DNA of 64,000 nucleotides from Trichodelitschia bisporula (Eukaryota): contig ML996694.1 in assembly GCA_010356995.1 (NCBI GenBank), forward strand, positions 867,224 to 931,223, written 5' to 3'. Position numbers and translations under genes: made by a program. The notes below the pieces were generated by a model that saw only the letters and a list, made by a program, of their open reading frames with translations, searched no databases and was not told the origin of the DNA. The number at the start of each line of letters is the position of its first letter. The first letter of the stretch is position 1. Positions 34,901-47,962 of the stretch are shown in pieces.

Positions 34901-37900
34901 CGATGTAAGCATTCGCCGGCCAGTTGCCTCAATTCGTGAATCTCCTGGTACTCTGAGCTGTCGGTCGCTAGGGGATATCCGGTTTCATATCGAAATGACC
35001 GCGTGACATCCTCCTCGTCCGCTTCCCCTAAGCTTAGCTCTTCCACGTCAGATTCCTCCAAATCGGACGGGTCGTCAACACTCGAGGTATCGATGTCCAT
35101 GGCCTCGCCAGCCGGCTTTTGGTTATATTTAGGGTCGAACAAGACCGCGACCCCAGATATGATTAGCCGGAGCAGGGTAAGGTTGCGCGACACTTCGTCA
35201 GACCACTCTTTGCCAGTCCCATCGCGATTGATCGGCGAATTGTCGCCAGTGAGCGCACCTAGTGCATCAATCGCGCTCTTCGCCTGCGACTCGAAAAGCT
35301 CGATAGCAAACCGCACCTCTTCCGGCCTAGGCTTGTGCCAGCGGAGGGTCAACTGGTTCGGATCCGTAAATCTACCCCAGTCGTCGGCGGTAAGGCCGTG
35401 AGCCAGCCGGCTCGGCTCGTAAATCGAGAAGTCGAGAGTGTACGTCATGGTCAAGTTCAGAAGTAGATGATGGACAAAGTTTGAAACATGCACCGTCGGG
35501 ATGCCTTTGCACCGCTGTTGCATGTATGTGGCAATGTCGAAGAGTTCCTGCTTCCACTGAAGGACGGCGTCCCCGACATGTACGACACACATACTCAGCA
35601 AGCTAATGTTCCAAACCAGAGCGCGGTCCCGAGGGTAGACTTCGGAGCCGGTAGTACGAGTCGACCCGGCACCGTTGTCATCGATCTCGGTGCGGATGGA
35701 GGCAATCAGCTCCGGAAGCAGTTTCTTGAGCGCTTTCTCCGGGTTGACCTTGACCATCGCGTTGCAGATGAATGCTACAGCATCTCGAGCCTGGTGGATG
35801 ACGTGATTGGTGACAAAGTGAACAATCTTGTTGAGCGCAATGTCGTAGAGCTCAGGAGATAGTGCCGCCAGGAGCGGAGTAAAGGTCGCCGGCAAGGTAT
35901 TGACCACATTTTCCTCAGGTGAGCCACTGCGAACGCGAGAGGCATCTGGCAAGTTTTCCAGGAGAGTGAATACCCGGGCGAGGAAAGAGCTGACGAACTC
36001 TGCAAGTTCCGCAGTGGAGGAGCGCAGAATCCTAGCCTCATCAGCATCACTCATATCTCCGTAATTCAGCTCGACACCAGCTCCCTCTCTCTCCAATATG
36101 TCGACTTGCTCCGTGACCCAACCAACCGCGGGTCCACTACCCTCATCTTCGTGGCCTGATGCAATGCTGTCCGCATCACTACCAACGGGGCTTGAGATTT
36201 TCTCTTTGGTGAGGTCATGGAACGGGATGTTGTACGCGACCGCCTGGATGAAAGCCAACGTATGCATGGTCTTCTCCAAATCATTGGCATCAATTCCCGG
36301 AAGCGCGAGTCCCAGCAGGGTCGTGATGTGGCAGCGATAACCCTTGGAGCGTGCCATTATACGCGCCAGAACCTGCAACGAACGGATAGACGAGATGGTC
36401 CGATGCACTTCAACTAGCCCCTGCATCGCCGGGTAGATGCGTTGCAAGGCGCCTGGAAGGATGAGATCGGGTTCCAGATACGCAAGGCTCTGCAGTGACG
36501 AAAGGGCAAAGTTCATTGCTGTTCCACTTTTCGCATATATTCCCATGAACACGACGTCCCGCAAACACAGCACGAACCGCCTCTTGACCACGTCATTCAG
36601 CCGCCTCTCTTCGGGGACCTCCATTTCGCCGCTATGCTCCCGATTCCAACGCATGACAAAAAAGTCTGCAAGGAAATAGACAAGCTGAGAAAGGGTTTTC
36701 GTCCAGCCCCCTGTGTTTGACGGGTGGAAAAAGGTCTCCACGGCCTGGATGAGGCCTTCGAGGTTTGATAGGATGGAATTCTCCTGAGTCAAGCAGAGAG
36801 GCGACAGCGACAGGACTATCCAGCGCGCAATGTGATGCGCGATTGGATGCTTCCGCTGGTCGCGATCCAGCATGATGGCGAGTCCGGCTTGGCTGTCCAC
36901 GTATTGCGCGTACGGAGAGTTTGCTTGCCCTACAGGAATATCCAAAACGCGGAGCACCGCTGTGAAAATCAGCGAGGACTGCTCCTCCGTGTAGATGCCA
37001 TGCGCCGAAAATTCCAGGTGGGGACTTGAGAGTGAATCCCGCGCAAGCCGGGAGAAAATATCGATGAAGTGCACATCGAAAGTCCTCGAACGGTTCACGA
37101 GTGACCACAAGTGGAAGAATGTAGGCAGGTACTGCTGAGGATGCAACTGAGGGTCATCGTCGAGGGCAGGCGTTGTCGGCAACAAGAGGTTAAGCAAGCC
37201 TACAACGACAAAGGCATTCTCAGTCCACGACGTGCTGAAGAAGGGCAAAAACTCCTCCAGCATATCCGGAATGGCTTTCGGATCGAAGTACAGCTGAGCA
37301 AAGGTGCAAAGCTTCGTCAGTGTTCGGTAGTTGCGCTTCATATGATTGCTAGCGGAGGACGTTCCGCATTCGCTCGGGAACACAAAGATCTTGAGCTCTC
37401 TGTACAGTGGCCGCCAATCCAGAGTAAGGTCTTTTCCGGGACGAAGGTAGTGCTTCCGCCTGAAGCTGTAAGCTTTAAAGTAACTCCAATGCATCACTAG
37501 ACTTACTTCGTCAAAACCATGAACATGCTCGCAAACCTCTCTGCCACCAGATAGTCCAGCCCAGGAGCTAGCGCCAGCTCATAGTAGAGCTTGACCAGCC
37601 TGATCCGCGTCTCCCGCGGAAGATCAAACTTCAGAGACAGCCAGCCCCGAATTTCCCTTGTCCAATGTACGGCGCCCGAGGAGAAGTCTCCCGCTTCTAG
37701 CGCCATGTGTAGATGCTTTAGGCATATTTCCAAGTTCTTCTCTCGATCCGACGCATCCTCCGTCGCGTAGGGGAGGTACTTGAAGTATGGAAATGTCCGG
37801 GGTCGGGTACGCGCCAATTTCGGGGCTTCGTCGAGATTTCCGTTCGCATTCCGCCATCCGCCACCTGGGGTAGATGCTCGCGATATCTCGTTTGCAGCAG

Positions 37901-37949
37901 AGGCCTGCAGGGCGCCGGCAAGCCCTCCTATCCGCCCATCGGGAGCCAT
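31929..37949 (-). CDS. BLM10: Proteasome activator Blm10/PA200
   Basis: ~2000-aa protein with TFFHPSN, ALPGIDANDL, SAFPY..PPAW and FKKTRQDTW. Introns 37506-37460 and 32047-31992; last exon ends LEGVLWKSYFA*. Confidence 0.95.
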
Positions 37950-39337
37950 GATTGAGGTTCTAAGATAGCTTGCGAGGTGTGTGATGGAGGTAAGGCTGCG
38001 CAATTCGATTATCGACTATCAGGCAAAGTACGAATAGAAGATACGGCTGTGCGTGATATCCGACCCTGTAAGCTGTACGGAGCTATATGAAGTTGTGCGA
38101 CTACGATGGAGTCAAAGCAAAGGCGATCGCATTCGAGATGTGGCTTCGGTGGAAAGAGCAAGCACGCGACCGATGCGGCTATGCCACGTACGGGACGTCG
38201 GTTCGGGAAGTCGGGATGTGCGAATGAGGCTCCGACGCAGGTGTGAGGGACAAGGTTCAGGCGAGAAAAGAAGAGAAGCAGCTTCGAAGAGCGAGGAATA
38301 AGGTTGCGGTGTCCGGGGTTGGCGGGAGAACAGTGCCAGAGGTGAGGTGCAGGCGGGGGCGGGGGGGGCGGGGGGGGGGGAGAAGGAGGAGAGATTTGGG
38401 GGAGGACAGCAGGAACGAGACGGCGGGCGACGAGGACAGAATCTTCAGCAGTTGTGATAGTGCGAGGATAAGCTGCTGCAGGTTCCCGATGAACGGGGTT
38501 TGGAGGTGAGAAAATGCGGAGACTGTGGAAGTTGTTCAGTTACGGGCTGGGGAAGGTTCCAAGGCCACAAGGCGAAGCTAGGCTGCTCAAAGATCTTGGG
38601 GGGGGGGGTGCACAGAGCGCTGGGGGGCGGATGATGAGCCTCTCCGCTGGGAGAGAGAGCTTGAGGATCGCGGAGCAGCGCGCGGTCGCCTCCGTCAGCC
38701 AAACTCTCTGCAAACGCGGTAAGCGGCGGCGGCTGCGGCTGCGGCTAACCCCCGTTTGGGATTTCCCCAGATATCGATGCTTAGGGAAGGGGAGAATGAT
38801 GATCGAGAGAAGAATGCTGTAGGTGGCTACCCTGCAAAAATCGGATATCCGTCTCCGCTAAAGGTTTTGTCGATGAAGTCTTTCGGGGTTGTTGCATGAC
38901 AATTGTTTGTCGAAGAAACCCCTCGAGCGGACCGGCGCTTTACATATCATCCCAGCCTTGCTCTAGGCAGATTTGACGCGCAACACACATTCACCACGTT
39001 TTGCCCCGCTGTACGGGAGAGACTAGCGTGGAATTTCAGCTCGAATACTCGACCGTCTCAAAAGCGATAGGTATGAATGACAAAGAATAGTTCCGGGCAA
39101 CACATCGAATCTTTTGTTCCCTCCGATCAGGTCTCGCTGTCCAATCTTGTCCTGTCGTCTGGTTTCGAGTCGAATCAAGTATGCCGCATTCAACCACGTC
39201 GCTTACATAATCGCTCCCGCCTATGAGGCGGGGCGAAACCTGCGATCAACCTGTTGATACTGAACTGTAGGCGCCCGCTCAGTGTTAGCGCAGCGACCCG
39301 GAGTTATCTAAATTCCTGATGATCGATCACTTCTACA

Positions 39338-40082
39338 ATGCCGTCTTATTACGATATTGACGCGATTCTCACAGACTCTCAGGTGAGTTGACCAGCTTTG
39401 GAGCGCGAAGCACAAACACGTAACACTGACGCGTTAACAGAAAGTGCCATGTACTTTTGAAATCACAGTCCCAGGCCTGGGATATCTCGATGGTAATCCA
39501 GGCGAGCCGGTAAGTAGACCACCAGCTGCAAAAGGGTTCATCCAATGACCTACTCCTAGATCAAAGAAGGCACCAAGGTCGAGCTGCCGCTCTGGCTGGG
39601 TGAAATGCTAGCCGTCACACAAAATAACACCAACACTCCTACATTGTCGCTCGACCTGCCGCAATGTCTTTCAGCACGTGTGGTCAACGCGCTAAAGGCA
39701 GATCCTCGCGTGGTTGACATCCGAGCGTTGGCCCCGCACTTCTATGCGCTTGGATCACGGATGCTGGAGCTCTTTGACGAAGAAGAACTTCTCGATGTGC
39801 TCACTGATGTAAGCTCTGAAGCATACGCAACTTTGCTCCGCTAACATCTCAAGACCTTCAAAAGGCGCGCAAAGGAAATAGCCGACCAAGCGCATCATCC
39901 TCGAGGAGTACTGGGCGAAGGAGCGGAATTCCTAAGAGGCTTAGACGAATCGGAGAGACAGCGTATGTTCTTGTGTTGTTCATGGCTTGTGCACCTCTAA
40001 AAGCTCACATGTTCTAGTCTTTCGATCCGCCCACGAAAGCTCAAAGGCGGTGCGGAATTGGATGGTCGACCTCAAAAAATGA
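39338..40082 (+). CDS. PSF3: GINS complex subunit Psf3
   Basis: MPSYYDIDAILTDSQ, KVPCTF, KVELPLWL, ALKADP and FLRGLDESE. Introns 39383-39440, 39510-39559, 39809-39853 and 39963-40017. Confidence 0.93.
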
Positions 40083-41406
40083 GAAACTGCCAGTTTACTG
40101 AAGCTTGAACCTCCCGAATGCATTCATGGATGCACCGTAAATACTTGGAACATTGCAACTTGTCACCTGCTTGTATAGCAGCATGACCTAACCATGTGTG
40201 TAACTGACAATAGCATCGTACATATACGGAGCAGCGGCCGCCAAGCGATGGTGGGGTGTATGGGGAAACGCGGTGCAGATAGGGCATCACTGGGCATCTC
40301 TTGGGGATCTCTAGCAATCTTGGCTCCTCCTGATCGAGCCTTTTAGGAGAGGGGATGTTGAGGCAGGTACCGCGGCTCTGACGTAGGTGTCGAAAGCCGC
40401 ACTCCTTACCCCTCACCCTGGTAAGCGGGGTATCTAAATGGGCCGACGTACTATAGAATATCTCTGGCAATTGCCCTTCCTCTCTTGCTTACCCTCTTGC
40501 TTACGCCCTTTGTCATTCAATTTTCAATCTGATGAGGACTGGGAACAAGAGACGGATATGACAGCTCTGGTTGGACCCCGCAGTGATCCTAGACTCCCGC
40601 GACTAGCGACGATCGAATTGGAGGTTGTGGTGATGTCCAAGGGCTGCACAGTGTAGGTTATCCCAACCTCAACACATGACGGCCATCTCCGCATCTGGTG
40701 GGCAGCACGTCCGGCCCCTCGCGCTGATAAACCAAAAAAAGAAAGCACAGAAAGGTTATAATGCTGAGTGAGAAGAGTTATCGCGAGACGGTAATAAGGC
40801 CAGTGGAACAATGGCAACAGGGATCGGGAAGAGGTAGCCAGTGCCATGGGTTGAGATAGGTCAGATGGCTTCCCAAGGACAAAGAAATCCTGGGAGCTCA
40901 TGTCACTCTAGAAATACTACGGTAATCTAGGCGGTCTCGGACTAGGCCTTGGGATGCTTGGGATGCATTCAAAAAGGATGCGAGAAGACGCCCATTATCT
41001 CTTCGGAAGGTATCGTGTAGCCCAAAGAGCAAAAGGCGCCATTTTCCGGGAGAGCTCTCTTATCCTTCTCGTCCATTTTTCCGTTGCCGAGTGCCCGGCT
41101 GTCCAGTTGCCTTTCGTCTCAAGCTTTTATACCAAGGTCAGAACCCTGAGGAGGGAAAAAAAGGACCCTGGCCAATTCGATCGATCGATAGCCTTCACCG
41201 CAAACTCCCCGCGCAAAGTCCGAGAACTCGTTACGGCCCCCACCGCTGGCAAAGTCCCGTCAAGCCTTCAACTCGACTCACCACATCTTTCTCGCCATCC
41301 TCCTCTCCAACAGCGACTCACACCAATCCTCCCGCCATACCATCGCAGTCGCCAGCAAAGAGGTATCTACCCCGCAGATCTTTTCGGGTGCGCTTCCTTG
41401 CGCTCC

Positions 41407-42188
41407 ATGCCAATTCTTATTCTCAGACCCTTCACTGCCATCGTTAGACCAGCGATTCTAAGGCAGTCTGTCGCCTCGTTCTCAACACCACGAGCTCTCT
41501 TTCGTACAATGGCGTCCAACCCAGGCAGGTGGCTTCCAGTAGACCTCAAAGTCCTCTCTTTTGCAAAGACCTGTTCGGCACAGCTAACCCTAGACCCGTC
41601 ACAGATGGTCTTGAGCGTCTGCTCCAGGGCAACAAGGCCTTCGCGAACCGCTTTACGGCCGCTGAACCGGAACTCCTCGACAAGCTGAGCCAGGGCCAAT
41701 CACCCGAGACACTGTGGCTGGGCTGCGCCGACTCGCGCATCCCGGAGACGACGGTTTGCGACTGCAAGCCTGGTGACATCTTCGTACACCGCAACATCGC
41801 CAACGTCATCACACCAACTGATCTCAACTCGAGCAGCGTGCTCGCATACTCCGTCGGCGTCCTCAAAGTTAAGCGCGTCATCGTCTGCGGCCACACCAAG
41901 TGCGGCGGCGCCACCGCCGCTCTTGACGACGGCGACCTCGGCGAGACCCTCAACGCCTGGCTAGGCCCCGTACGCGAGTTGCGTCGCAAGCACCAGGCTG
42001 AGCTTGAAAAGCTACCCTCGACCGATGCGCGCGCCAACCGTCTCGCGGAGCTCAACGTCGTTCTGTCCCTCGAGGCCGTCCGGCAACATCCTGTCGTCAA
42101 GGAGGCCATGGAGACGCGGGGTCTGACTATACACGGCATCATCTACGACGTCCCGACCGGGCAGCTGCGCCTGCTGGGAGGGGAATAA
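41407..42188 (+). CDS. Beta-class carbonic anhydrase
   Basis: GQSP, WLGCADSR, FVHRNIAN and CGHTKCGG zinc ligands. ATGs at 41407 and 41509; probable GC-AG intron 41525-41604. Confidence 0.93.
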
Positions 42189-43416
42189 ACTTGCGACATA
42201 TGTTTTGCTTTCAGTCAGCGAAGCTAATCTGGATGTGGTCATACCCTTTAGCGACATGTCTACGATCTGGCTTAGACGTGTGATCTTCTCTCTGGTGTTC
42301 GGTGTGACTGGTGGGTAGGAAAGGGTGTGACGGAGCGGTAAGACTGCAGTCGGGCCCTCGAATGCGCTGGTGCGATGGAACCCATTTGCTGGATAGTGTG
42401 CTGTCTGCTGCATTTCTAGCCTTCCTGTGAACGAATCTACTAGATGATAATGACCGCCTCTGTTTCTCGCGTGGCTTTGGGGATAGGATGACCGGTCAGA
42501 TGCCGACTTATCTGCGGCGTACTCCAATTGTCCGGGACCCCCGGAACCGTTTAGCAGCTGTTCTGGTTTTTGTACCCCGTGATCCAGACAACCCCCAACG
42601 GAAAGTTGAACTCAAGATGCCATCAGCTTTCCTTCCCCGCTAAAATGGTACGCAAGAGTTCATTCTAGAGGGGCCATCGTGTTACAAAACATCAGTAGAA
42701 GCTTATTGCGTCGCAAAGAATGACGAGCATGGTTTTATTCTTTTAACAGCCCTACAGACATCATTCTGAGCCCACACAGGAGAGAAACCACGATCGCGCC
42801 AAACCAACTCCACATAAGTTCCTTTAATTCCTTCGCCGTAAAAAAAACAAAGCCTCAACATATAGTTCTCATGCTTATCAACAGCCAAAGGCGACATCGC
42901 CTGTGCTTCGCGGGAAGCACATGTCATCCAGTGTCGTAAGGTCCCTCGCGAGAGGTCTAACAATATTAGAGTTTGCGGAGAAAGGCCAGGCCATCCGTCG
43001 CACGTCGAGGCATGAGCGAAAGTCAAGAAGGGTAACCGCTCGATAATCGCCGTCTGCAGATTCGCCGTTTCGTACCATGAGGGAGAAGCCATCAGGCTCA
43101 AGACAAAACACCGCTGCTGGATGATTGCAACAGGATCAAACTCGTTAATTCGTCATCTGGAGGGGGGTTCGTTAAAAGTCCTTGCTGTCGTATATTCGTG
43201 CAATCGTGGCATCGTGAGAAGCGTTGTCGTCAAAAAAAAAGGGGGGGGGGCGCTCAAGCAATGGAATCCGCCAAGTACTGGACCTGTTGGAAAAGGTAGG
43301 CGGGCAAACGTTCTATTCGCGAGGACTTTTGAAATGTTTTTGTTGCCATTGGCAGTAGCGATAGCAAAGAGTGGATTGGCCGTATCGGTTGGACGTCGCA
43401 GGGATGTCTGCCGACC

Positions 43417-44071
43417 TCAATACCAGACGGTTGGCTGCTCCCTCACCCGACGGCAGTAGCCGCACGGCTGCTGCCGACAGCCATACTCGTTTCGGCAGTA
43501 ACAGACATTTGTCGACGAGCTGGAGCTGGACCGCCGGCTTCCCGTCTCGAGGTCGCTCTCGCTGGTGCGGGGACTGCTGCCACCCGAGCTGGTTTCAACG
43601 TAGGTCGACGCGTACTCGCCCGTGTTGTAGCGCTGATGGGCTGCCAAACGACCAGTCCCAATAGCCACGGGTAGGCCCTGCGTCACGCCGGCCTGGCCCT
43701 GCTTCTGGCCCGGGTACATGCCGTCGTTAACGGAGAAGTTGCGGCAAATCATGTACGCAGCCTCGGCCGCCTTGTCGCGCGCCATCTCTTTAGTCTGGTA
43801 GGCCGAGTCGCAGGTGTACTCGCGGCCGTTGACCCGTACGCGGCAATTCCAGCCATTGCGTGTCTGATGAACTTCGAAATCTGGCTCTAGCCAACGCCGG
43901 CGCTGGCAAAGGTCTGCAACGAAACGTGTCAGTCGATCCTGTTTTGGCCAAGTGCGCAGGTGGATAAATTGACTGACGAATCCCACACACAGCTATATTG
44001 CCTAAAAGGGGTGGGAGGAAGGGGTAGAAGCAGGCGGATCCCTTACTTGTCAGGTACATGATGTAGAACAT
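43417..44071 (-). CDS. Small double-stranded RNA-binding-motif protein
   Basis: MFYIMYLT, then intron 44046-43914 (GTAAGG..CTGAC..CAG), then NLCQRRRW.EP..WNCRVRVNGREY..KEMARDKAAEAAY, which fits a dsRBD alpha-beta-beta-beta-alpha pattern. Confidence 0.8.
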
Positions 44072-44889
44072 TTCTGAATAGGAAGCGTTCGGAACAGCGT
44101 GGCCAGGAAGGTGGGATCAAACGGGTGCAGAAAGCCGAATTGGTGAGAACAGCCTCGTGGGGGAGAGGGGTGTGGTGGGGGGTGAGAATCGGTTGTAGTA
44201 AACACCCAAAGAGTCGTCTCACTAGCAATGGCTCGTGGCTTTCTGTCGTACAACAAGCAATTATGTTCAGACGGGCCAGCAGAAGGTTGACAACTGGCTC
44301 AATGGCCGATGAAAATTGCTCTAAAGGTTGGGAGGCAGGGAGTGGTAGGTGGACATGCAGTTCGAAAGGCTTTCGTTGTCATGCTTCCATGGGGAGGACG
44401 CTTGGAGTTAAATTGCATCAAAGGCTCCAGGGAGGACATATTGGGGGGACGCAGCGGCCAGAAACACGCTGCGGCAAGAGTCCAATGGCAGCAGAGTCAG
44501 CGAAATGAAAGCAGCATGCAGAGGAGCCTTCGCTGAGGCTCTGTGTAGGAAAGACCCAGAGTTGATGTGCTGGCGTGCGTTTTAGCCAGTGAAACGAAGG
44601 GGCCCAAGGATGGAGCACTTTTGGCCCCGCAAGGCACCGAGACGGCTTGCCGATCCAGATGGCATGGTCGCGTTAAGCTGCCTTGCCGCTTGGACATTTT
44701 TCTCTCCGACGCCACCGGCGCATACCATGGAGGAAAAGGAAAAGAGTAGGGAGAGCGTGAACGACAGTCTGTTTCGGTCTAGGAAACGTGGACGACGGCC
44801 TTGCGGTCTAGATGACGCAGAATTGAGGGTTGGGAGTAGAATGACGAATTGGTCAATCTGGAGAACTTCGAGATGTGAAAGGTGAGACG

Positions 44890-44939
44890 NNNNNNNNNNN
44901 NNNNNNNNNNNNNNNNNNNNNNNNNNNNNNNNNNNNNNN
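44890..44939. other. Assembly gap (50 N)
   Basis: Run of Ns. Confidence 1.
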
Positions 44940-46886
44940 AAGGGAGGGGTGGTTGCATTCCATGACTCCACGATCCTCGAGGGATACTGCGCCGGAGTAC
45001 CGGACATTCGTCTGCGCAAGCGCAGGTAGTGCTTCCCCAGCGGCGGTCACTGCGTGCATTGCATCCGAACTAGGGCGGGACAGCGAGGGTGACCCTTTCA
45101 GACTGTAGTAAAGCGCTCAATGCCAGTTCACCGAGGCTACTCACCTTCGTGATTGAAAAGGTAGTAAGTCCGCATCAACATCCGGTCTGGGCGGTGCGAG
45201 TGGAGGAGAGATTGACACGCTTTGGGGACGACGTCAACAACAGCAACGCCTCCGTCGGTCAGCTTGAGGGGTGGCTGGCTTTGCGAGCAACATCGATCGG
45301 TGACGGAACAATGAGGGGTATGAGGGGTAGGATGAGAGGTAGGGAGGGGAAGGGGGGATGGGTGTGTGGGGTGGCTTGATGCGGTATGAACAGGCAAGCA
45401 GAGTGAGAAAGCGAAGGAGACATCACCTTCGAGAAACAGAAAGGCGCGACGTCGGCCGGTGATGGACGCCGTTGGCCAGATGCCGGGCTGCGTGTGGGCC
45501 GCTTGAGAATGCTGGTGAAGAACCCTGGGGTTGCGGTAGTCTGCTTCATGCACGAGTGAGTTGGCAGGACGCCAGTCTTGGGGCCATCTGCGCGGTCCGC
45601 CAAACACGGTCAAGGCCAACGGCGCTGAAGTCGACAACACGCACAGTAGGCGGCAGCCATGAATGGAAACCATGGGGCGCAGCATGAAGGTCGACATGAT
45701 GTGGGGATACTCGAACTGTGGTTCAATCGGGTGGCGTGTCTGAGTGGTTGGGGATTGGGGGGTGGGGTGTTGTCTGAGTGATGGGGGGAGATGGAGAGAT
45801 TGTATCGAATAGTTCTATCAACGGAGCAAAAAAGGGCGTCGTTCTGGCTTTCGGTTTGCTGAGAGTATCGGAAAATAGCAACGGAGACCAGCAATAAAGA
45901 TGATCCCGTTGGCTTTTTCGGGCCTCCGAGAGTTGCATTCTGGAGATTCTTGCTCGTGAGCATGCGGCCTGTTACTGTGCTTGCCATCGGTCGACCACAA
46001 AGCTGGTTGGGAAGGGGAAAAAAATTGACGCACTTCGTTGCCGCTGCCGAAGGTGCGTCGTGGGCTGTTGGCGCCGGTAGTATCCTGCCGCGAGTCCCAC
46101 GGCATCCCACGGCATGTACGTTGGAGGAGGACGTGTGGGTAATGTGGTACGGAGGAGTCCCACTCCCCAGGTTTTCCCTCTTGTCTTGTCGTCCATTGCT
46201 CCGACATGCAACGCAAATCGCCACCGCTTGCTGCAGCCCGTCGTGTCTGTACTCCGTATGAGGCGGGAGGCGGGAGGCGCGGTGAAGACAAAGGGAATAA
46301 CCTTGTGCCAGTTCAAAAGGTGGCATTCCTTGATGGTGTTGTTGCGTATGTGTGAGTTGTGTGCTGTCCTAGAGCAACATGATCCTGCCTGTTGCCACAT
46401 CTGCCTCACAGAGAAACATGTCCATTCACAGTCGGTCAGGATGTGCTCGGCAACCGCCTAAGAATGGAATCTTGTTTCTTTTCTTCTTTCACCTCCTCCA
46501 CCCCCAGGTGTTCAGCCCTATGGAGGCGAGGGTACAGTACTACGTAGATCGGAGATGCTATAATAATGAAGAGAGAGAGTATCACTAAGCATAATAGTCT
46601 GCCCTGATATTCCACTCCCTCCGGCCTCTCTCGTAGATAGCAGGTGGCGGAAACGGGATTTACTCAACCTCCTTGATGGTGTTGCTTCAGATGTCCGAAC
46701 GGTACGCTATTCAACGTTGAGCCGATCACAGTCCCGAAGAATGTGTACCTGTACTACCATCCATGTCCCGATACCGGTGCTGACACACACGGCGGAGGAT
46801 GGCCGTGGTCATAAATGGCTTCAGCCGCGACAAAAGTCCAGCGAAGTCTACTGAAACTGCCTCTCCCCCAAGGACATTATATCGAA

Positions 46887-47271
46887 ATGTCCGGCAAAAT
46901 CAACCGCATCACCTTGTTCAAGCTTCCTAACTCGGAGGATGTCGAAACGGCCATTGCAGCCTTTACTGAGATGCAGTCAAGCAGCTTGAAGGTACGCTGC
47001 TGCCGCCGGCGTCGGCCGTCGCGTGAGATGCTGAGGTTTAGCCATGCAGGACGGCAAGCCGTACATTCTCAGCCTGGAGGTGAAGAAGCTGCACAACGAC
47101 CCGCGCAGCCAAGGCTACACTCTTATAAGCAAAAGCTCCTTTGCCAGCCTCGAGGAAATGAAGTTCTACGACGACCACGACGAGGCCCACAAAAAGGTCA
47201 AGTCCATTGTCGGGCCCAAAATTGACCGGCCGGCGGAAGGGGGGGTTCTGACACTGTATATGGATGCGTAG
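46887..47271 (+). CDS. Stress-responsive A/B barrel (Dabb) protein
   Basis: RITLFK, intron 46992-47049, then DGKPYIL, DPRSQGYT and FASLEEMKFYD..DEAH. Confidence 0.88.
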
Positions 47272-47524
47272 CTCTGTGTCGTCAACTTCACAAATGTTTC
47301 CCAGTTGCTTGTACGAAACATGTCATAAGTGCCGTCATTGTTCCAAATATGCTGATGAGGTTTGGAATAAGACTGGATCGCCTTTACCCCTTGGGATGTA
47401 GTGAAAGTGAATTGGCATGCTGAAGGCCTGTTAACCCGGCCGGAATCCCCATCGTATCCGCAACACCCTCCTCGTTCAAATCTTCGTTGAACCCTCTCCA
47501 TCCCACTTCCATTGCAAGCCCAAC

Positions 47525-47962
47525 ATGAGCCACCACAGTTCAAAGATGAGCTCTGTCTCCCATTCCCGCAGTTTTAGTTGGACCGGTCAACCATCCTCAA
47601 GAGCATCTGAACACATGACGCTCCCGGTCCCATACGTCAAAGCGGTCCGCCCGGATGGCACTCAACGACCATTGTCGCTGCCACCATTCTCGCTCCCGAC
47701 GCTTCCAAAACCTGCTCACACTCCATACGACTGGGAACTTCAGCGGCGAGGGAGGGCGATGCCGCCTCCCATCAGGGACAGCTACGCAAATCCCAACGAA
47801 CAGATGACGCAAAGTCGAAGCAGCCTGCTTCCCGACGGGTGTCAACAGACGTCGGGTTCGAGGAAAGGCGAAGAACCAAACAGCACGGCTGTCGCAGCTA
47901 CGCAGAGCTCTTATACAGCATCCTCCTCCGGGCCAGGATCTAGTGGTGGCACAAGGCTGTGA
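47525..47962 (+). CDS. Possible hypothetical protein
   Basis: 145-aa Ser/Pro-rich ORF with an AAC ATG context; no recognisable motif. Confidence 0.3.
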   Translation: MSHHSSKMSSVSHSRSFSWTGQPSSRASEHMTLPVPYVKAVRPDGTQRPLSLPPFSLPTLPKPAHTPYDWELQRRGRAMPPPIRDSYANPNEQMTQSRSSLLPDGCQQTSGSRKGEEPNSTAVAATQSSYTASSSGPGSSGGTRL

